Positions 60,723 through 64,000 of a stretch of DNA of 64,000 bases are shown here, piece by piece. How positions within the stretch are numbered: the stretch's first letter is position 1; each line of letters begins with the position of its first letter. The stretch is from Saccostrea echinata (Eukaryota). The translations under genes were made by a program, and so were the position numbers. The stretch covers positions 4,030,001 through 4,094,000 of the forward strand of contig NW_026889806.1 in NCBI RefSeq assembly GCF_033153115.1, written 5' to 3'. The notes under the pieces are model-generated. The model was not told where the DNA came from, made no database searches, and was given only the letters and a program-made list of their open reading frames with translations.

Positions 60723-63011
60723 CTTTAAAATGACTGAGGTACCTTGATTAACCTTTTGTTGGAAATGTGTTTTTCTTTAAATGTTAACAATTTCAGTTCA
60801 AATATATATGAATTCTACCTAATTTGCTTTTCAATTCTGTAAAATAGCTGTCGTGTTGTGGTGTCAATGATAATCAGAACATGACAAACGACTTCACAAA
60901 CCCCCCGTGGAAGGCCTCATCTGGATCCAAAAAGATCCCCATCTTCTGTTGTACAGGGATCAACACCAACAACTATAACCTCATCACCTTCACATCCTGC
61001 ACAGATCACGTGGATAAAGGCTTTTACAATACAGTTAGTTCACAAAAACAGTAACGCTATATCTGATGTCAGAAATTTACAAACCGAACTCCTGAAAGAA
61101 AGCCTCTTGACTGAAGTATAATTTTGTTTTAATAACAGGGTTGTTACAGTGCTGTAGAATCTGCGGTATCTACCTATACTTTATACTTTATCGCTACCGG
61201 ATGTATCATACTCGGTGTGGAGGTAAAGTACATGTAACTCATACTGAAATAGATGTACGCTGTCAGTTCCAACCAACCAGATTGTTAGGCTCTTGTTTGT
61301 ATATACTGAATTTGACTACCTGATCAATACATAGGTCTGACGGCGGGTGTGACAGGTCGACAGGGGATGCTTACTCCTCTTAGGCACCTGATTCTACCTC
61401 TGAAATTAATTTCCATTGGTCTGTGTTTTATGCCCTCTTCACAGATTTGTATTGTTTATAGATTTTTTGAATTCAATCACTGTTCGTTATCTTGGCCTTT
61501 TTTTTCCCTTCAAACCAAGATGGCAAGTTGCAGATATTGGACATTCTTAGAATCTAACTGGTCCTGATTAACATTTCAATAATAATTTTCGCATTTTTAC
61601 GCTGCTGACAAATGAAGTTTTGTAGTGTTTTAGATGATGATTAAAAACTTCTGTTATAGTGCAAAACAAACTGAACAAATAACTAAATATTTAAATCCAC
61701 TATAGAGGGATTCTTCTCATGTTCTTCTCATATTTCTTGTATTTAAAAATTTATGAAATTTTCATTGATTCAAGAAGACATTATCACTAAGTGATGGTAT
61801 CAATTAGATTAAATTTGACAGTTCTATTTTAGAAGCAAGATCAGGTCAAGGTCATTATCTTTTTCCTTGACATTTAGAGTAAAAAAAAATCACTGTTGCT
61901 AATCATGTGATGCCTAATTCTATTTTAAAAGATAAAATGTTTTTCTTTTTGCACAGAAAAATGTTACCATATTGGGTCTATCAAATGATTCTACCAAATT
62001 AATTGACATTATTTAACTTAAATAGATATTGGCTAATCCGAACTTCCTCTCTGTTTTTCTTAATTTTTTAGGATATATTAGTTATTTTTATATAGTTCTT
62101 ATATTTAAATATTTCTTATTTTTACATATGTTAAAGTAGTCATATAAATATACAAAATGATACAAAAACAAAAAGCTTTGACCGTTTAGTAAGAGAGAAA
62201 AACACCTTTTACTGATTTTTTTTTGCTCAGATCTGTTTTTAGTTGGAAGTTTTCAAAAGCTAACAAGATTGAAGTTTGTTTAGAAAATCATTATTATTTG
62301 CTATATTTTAAAACTTTAGGGCATTATTATTAATTTTAGTTACACGTCAAAATTTCTTTAAGTCTTTGATTGTTTAAAAAATTCAACTAAATGTATTGTT
62401 CACTAAGTGATTTTGATAGGCAGAAAAGGAGATACTTTCATACGCCGCAGTTCCGCCAAAAATATAGTCCCTGCTGGATTTCAAACTCAGTTTACCATTT
62501 CTATTTAAAATTGTACAATTATGATGAGTAAAGAAAAATATAACCCTTTTAATACATTACAGCTATGTATATAAGACATACAAGCAAATTTACTTGGGAT
62601 ATTTCGTCTAGTCAGAAACCAGACAAGAATCCCTCCTTAATGTTATCTCCTTTATTTCTTAAGAAAAAAATCAATCAGTAAACAACGTTTAGCATATCAC
62701 CTGTACAGATTTCTTGAGCAGTGGCTCTTACTCAATGAAACATACAATAACACATATCGATAACACAGTTTTTAATCTGCTGAATCCTTCTTTAGATGAT
62801 TATTTGTACAGATATAAATTTATATTTCTGCAACAGCTGCAACATTAATTCTCATACTAACAACCAAAGAAGACATTTTATTGTTTAAATAATTTCCATA
62901 ACATTACGGTACTTATTTCAGATTGTTGGTCTCGTGTGTGCGTGCTGTTTGTGTAAAAACATTGGGAAGAAAAATCAGGAAGTTTCCCCTCGTAAAAAGA
63001 AGAAGAAATGA
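58586..63011 (+). CDS. Tetraspanin paralog 3 (~278 aa; canonical CCG)
   Basis: Exons 58586-58645, 58898-59128, 59312-59386, 59601-59711, 60848-61033, 61139-61222, 62922-63011; MGC start, TM3 Gln, SCCG..PIFCC..C..GCY, juxtamembrane CACCLC. Confidence 0.94.
59793..59975. repeat. Tandem duplication, 96 bp x2
   Basis: TAAATTTCTTTGATGATATTTAAC... at 59793 and 59889. Confidence 0.92.
59985..60722 (+). mobile_element. HINE/pearl-type Helentron derivative carrying ~165-bp (Cg170-like) satellite units
   Basis: TTTTAGCTCACCTGAGCTGAAAGCTCATGTGAGCT, GTCC/GTCT microsatellite, repeats AAAATCTTCTTCTCAAGAAC..GGAAGCATCCT, 3' AGGTGAGCGATGTGGCCCATGGGCC. Confidence 0.9.
61290..61512 (+). mobile_element. Penelope-like element, isolated 3' UTR fragment
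   Basis: ACGGCGGGTGTGACAGGTCGACAGGGGATGCTTACTCCTCTTAGGCACCTGAT...CACTGTTCGTTATCTT. Confidence 0.8.
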
Positions 63012-64000
63012 TTATAGACCATGACAATCACAAAAGTTTGTTTGACAAATAACAAGGTTACATTTGGATGATTCATCACATGGAAAAAAAAAATTTCAAA
63101 TATCATTTGAACTTTTATTGAATAAATATATGTTAATTTATTTAAAGCACCAAACTATCTTGTACTCAAGAAAATATTACAGGTACTTAGAATATCGAAT
63201 CTGTTCGCAAATCAATTCCAATCTCTTTCTTCATTATAACATAGCAAAATAATGATAAAAATATGTTTACCATGTAAGTTTTTTTAAAGATTGAATTGTG
63301 TCAAATAAACTACTTAATTGTTGTTCTCAGCTTTGAAGACCTTGATGCTGAATAATGTACAATTATGTCATTTAGTACAAATAGAATATTATAAAATATA
63401 TAAAGAAAATATACAAAGTACTAATTGATATTTACTCCTAATTGAATTAAAATAAAAACTTATACAATCGAAATGGTATAATATTCAATATTATTAAATC
63501 TGGAATACACACACCAAGAAATGGAATAGGGTATTGCATATATTGCACAGGTTTATCATACAATGACATGTACTTTCTAGATTAGGGTCACTTCCAGCTA
63601 TACATTCAAGATGCCGGGCAAATGACGATTCAAGCTCGCCATTAGAGCAGCCCAAAATGCCCATGCCTCAAGCATAGATACTCCTGGTATTCACATAATT
63701 TGCATACTATCTTTAGTGCAAAATTTAGAATTAAAAACAGTGAATTTGTCAATCTTGAAAACTTTACAACTACTAAGAATTCAGACGAACAACTAGACCA
63801 ATATCTAAGCCTGAACCAATATATTTCCTCCTGTTAGGAGAGACAAAATACCCAATCCCCCTTTTTTTAAAGAAGGCCGTTTGGATCAGGTGAGGTATAA
63901 TACACTGATTCTTCATCGTTTTAGGATCTGTTGTATTACTGTTGTATGGGCTGGGGCTTAAGGCATGATGAAACGAGTACTGTTTATGACTTGTGACACG

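Noticed and set aside
61349-61567. Recurrent peptide MTGRQGMLTP.RHLI as a small protein family
   Set aside because: It is the translation of the PLE 3' UTR motif downstream of the RT stop; copies contain indels, and the conservation fits base pairing better than codons.

Overview
AT-rich eukaryotic (metazoan) genomic DNA. The repeat families look like those of oysters or other bivalves (inference). Positions 1-20.9 kb hold a minus-strand DYRK1A/minibrain kinase gene: 8 internal/terminal coding exons resolved by hand, the last running off the window start, plus several candidate alternative first exons. Positions 21-33 kb are a transposon-rich intergenic block. Positions 33.8-63 kb hold three 7-exon plus-strand tetraspanin paralogs, two with a non-canonical CCA in place of the CCG signature and Lys in TM3. 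Interleaved on the minus strand is a four-TM (MARVEL-like) gene with a 16 x 9-aa Pro/Gln/Gly tail carrying PPxY motifs. The window is dense in decayed Penelope-like (Naiad-type) RT fragments whose 3' UTR carries a conserved, covarying ~95-nt RNA structure (8 recognisable copies). It also contains Helentron/HINE-type satellite carriers, Crypton-like palindromes, AcademH-like and Tc1/mariner MITEs, a tRNA-derived SINE, and two assembly gaps. All calls were made by eye and no searches were run.
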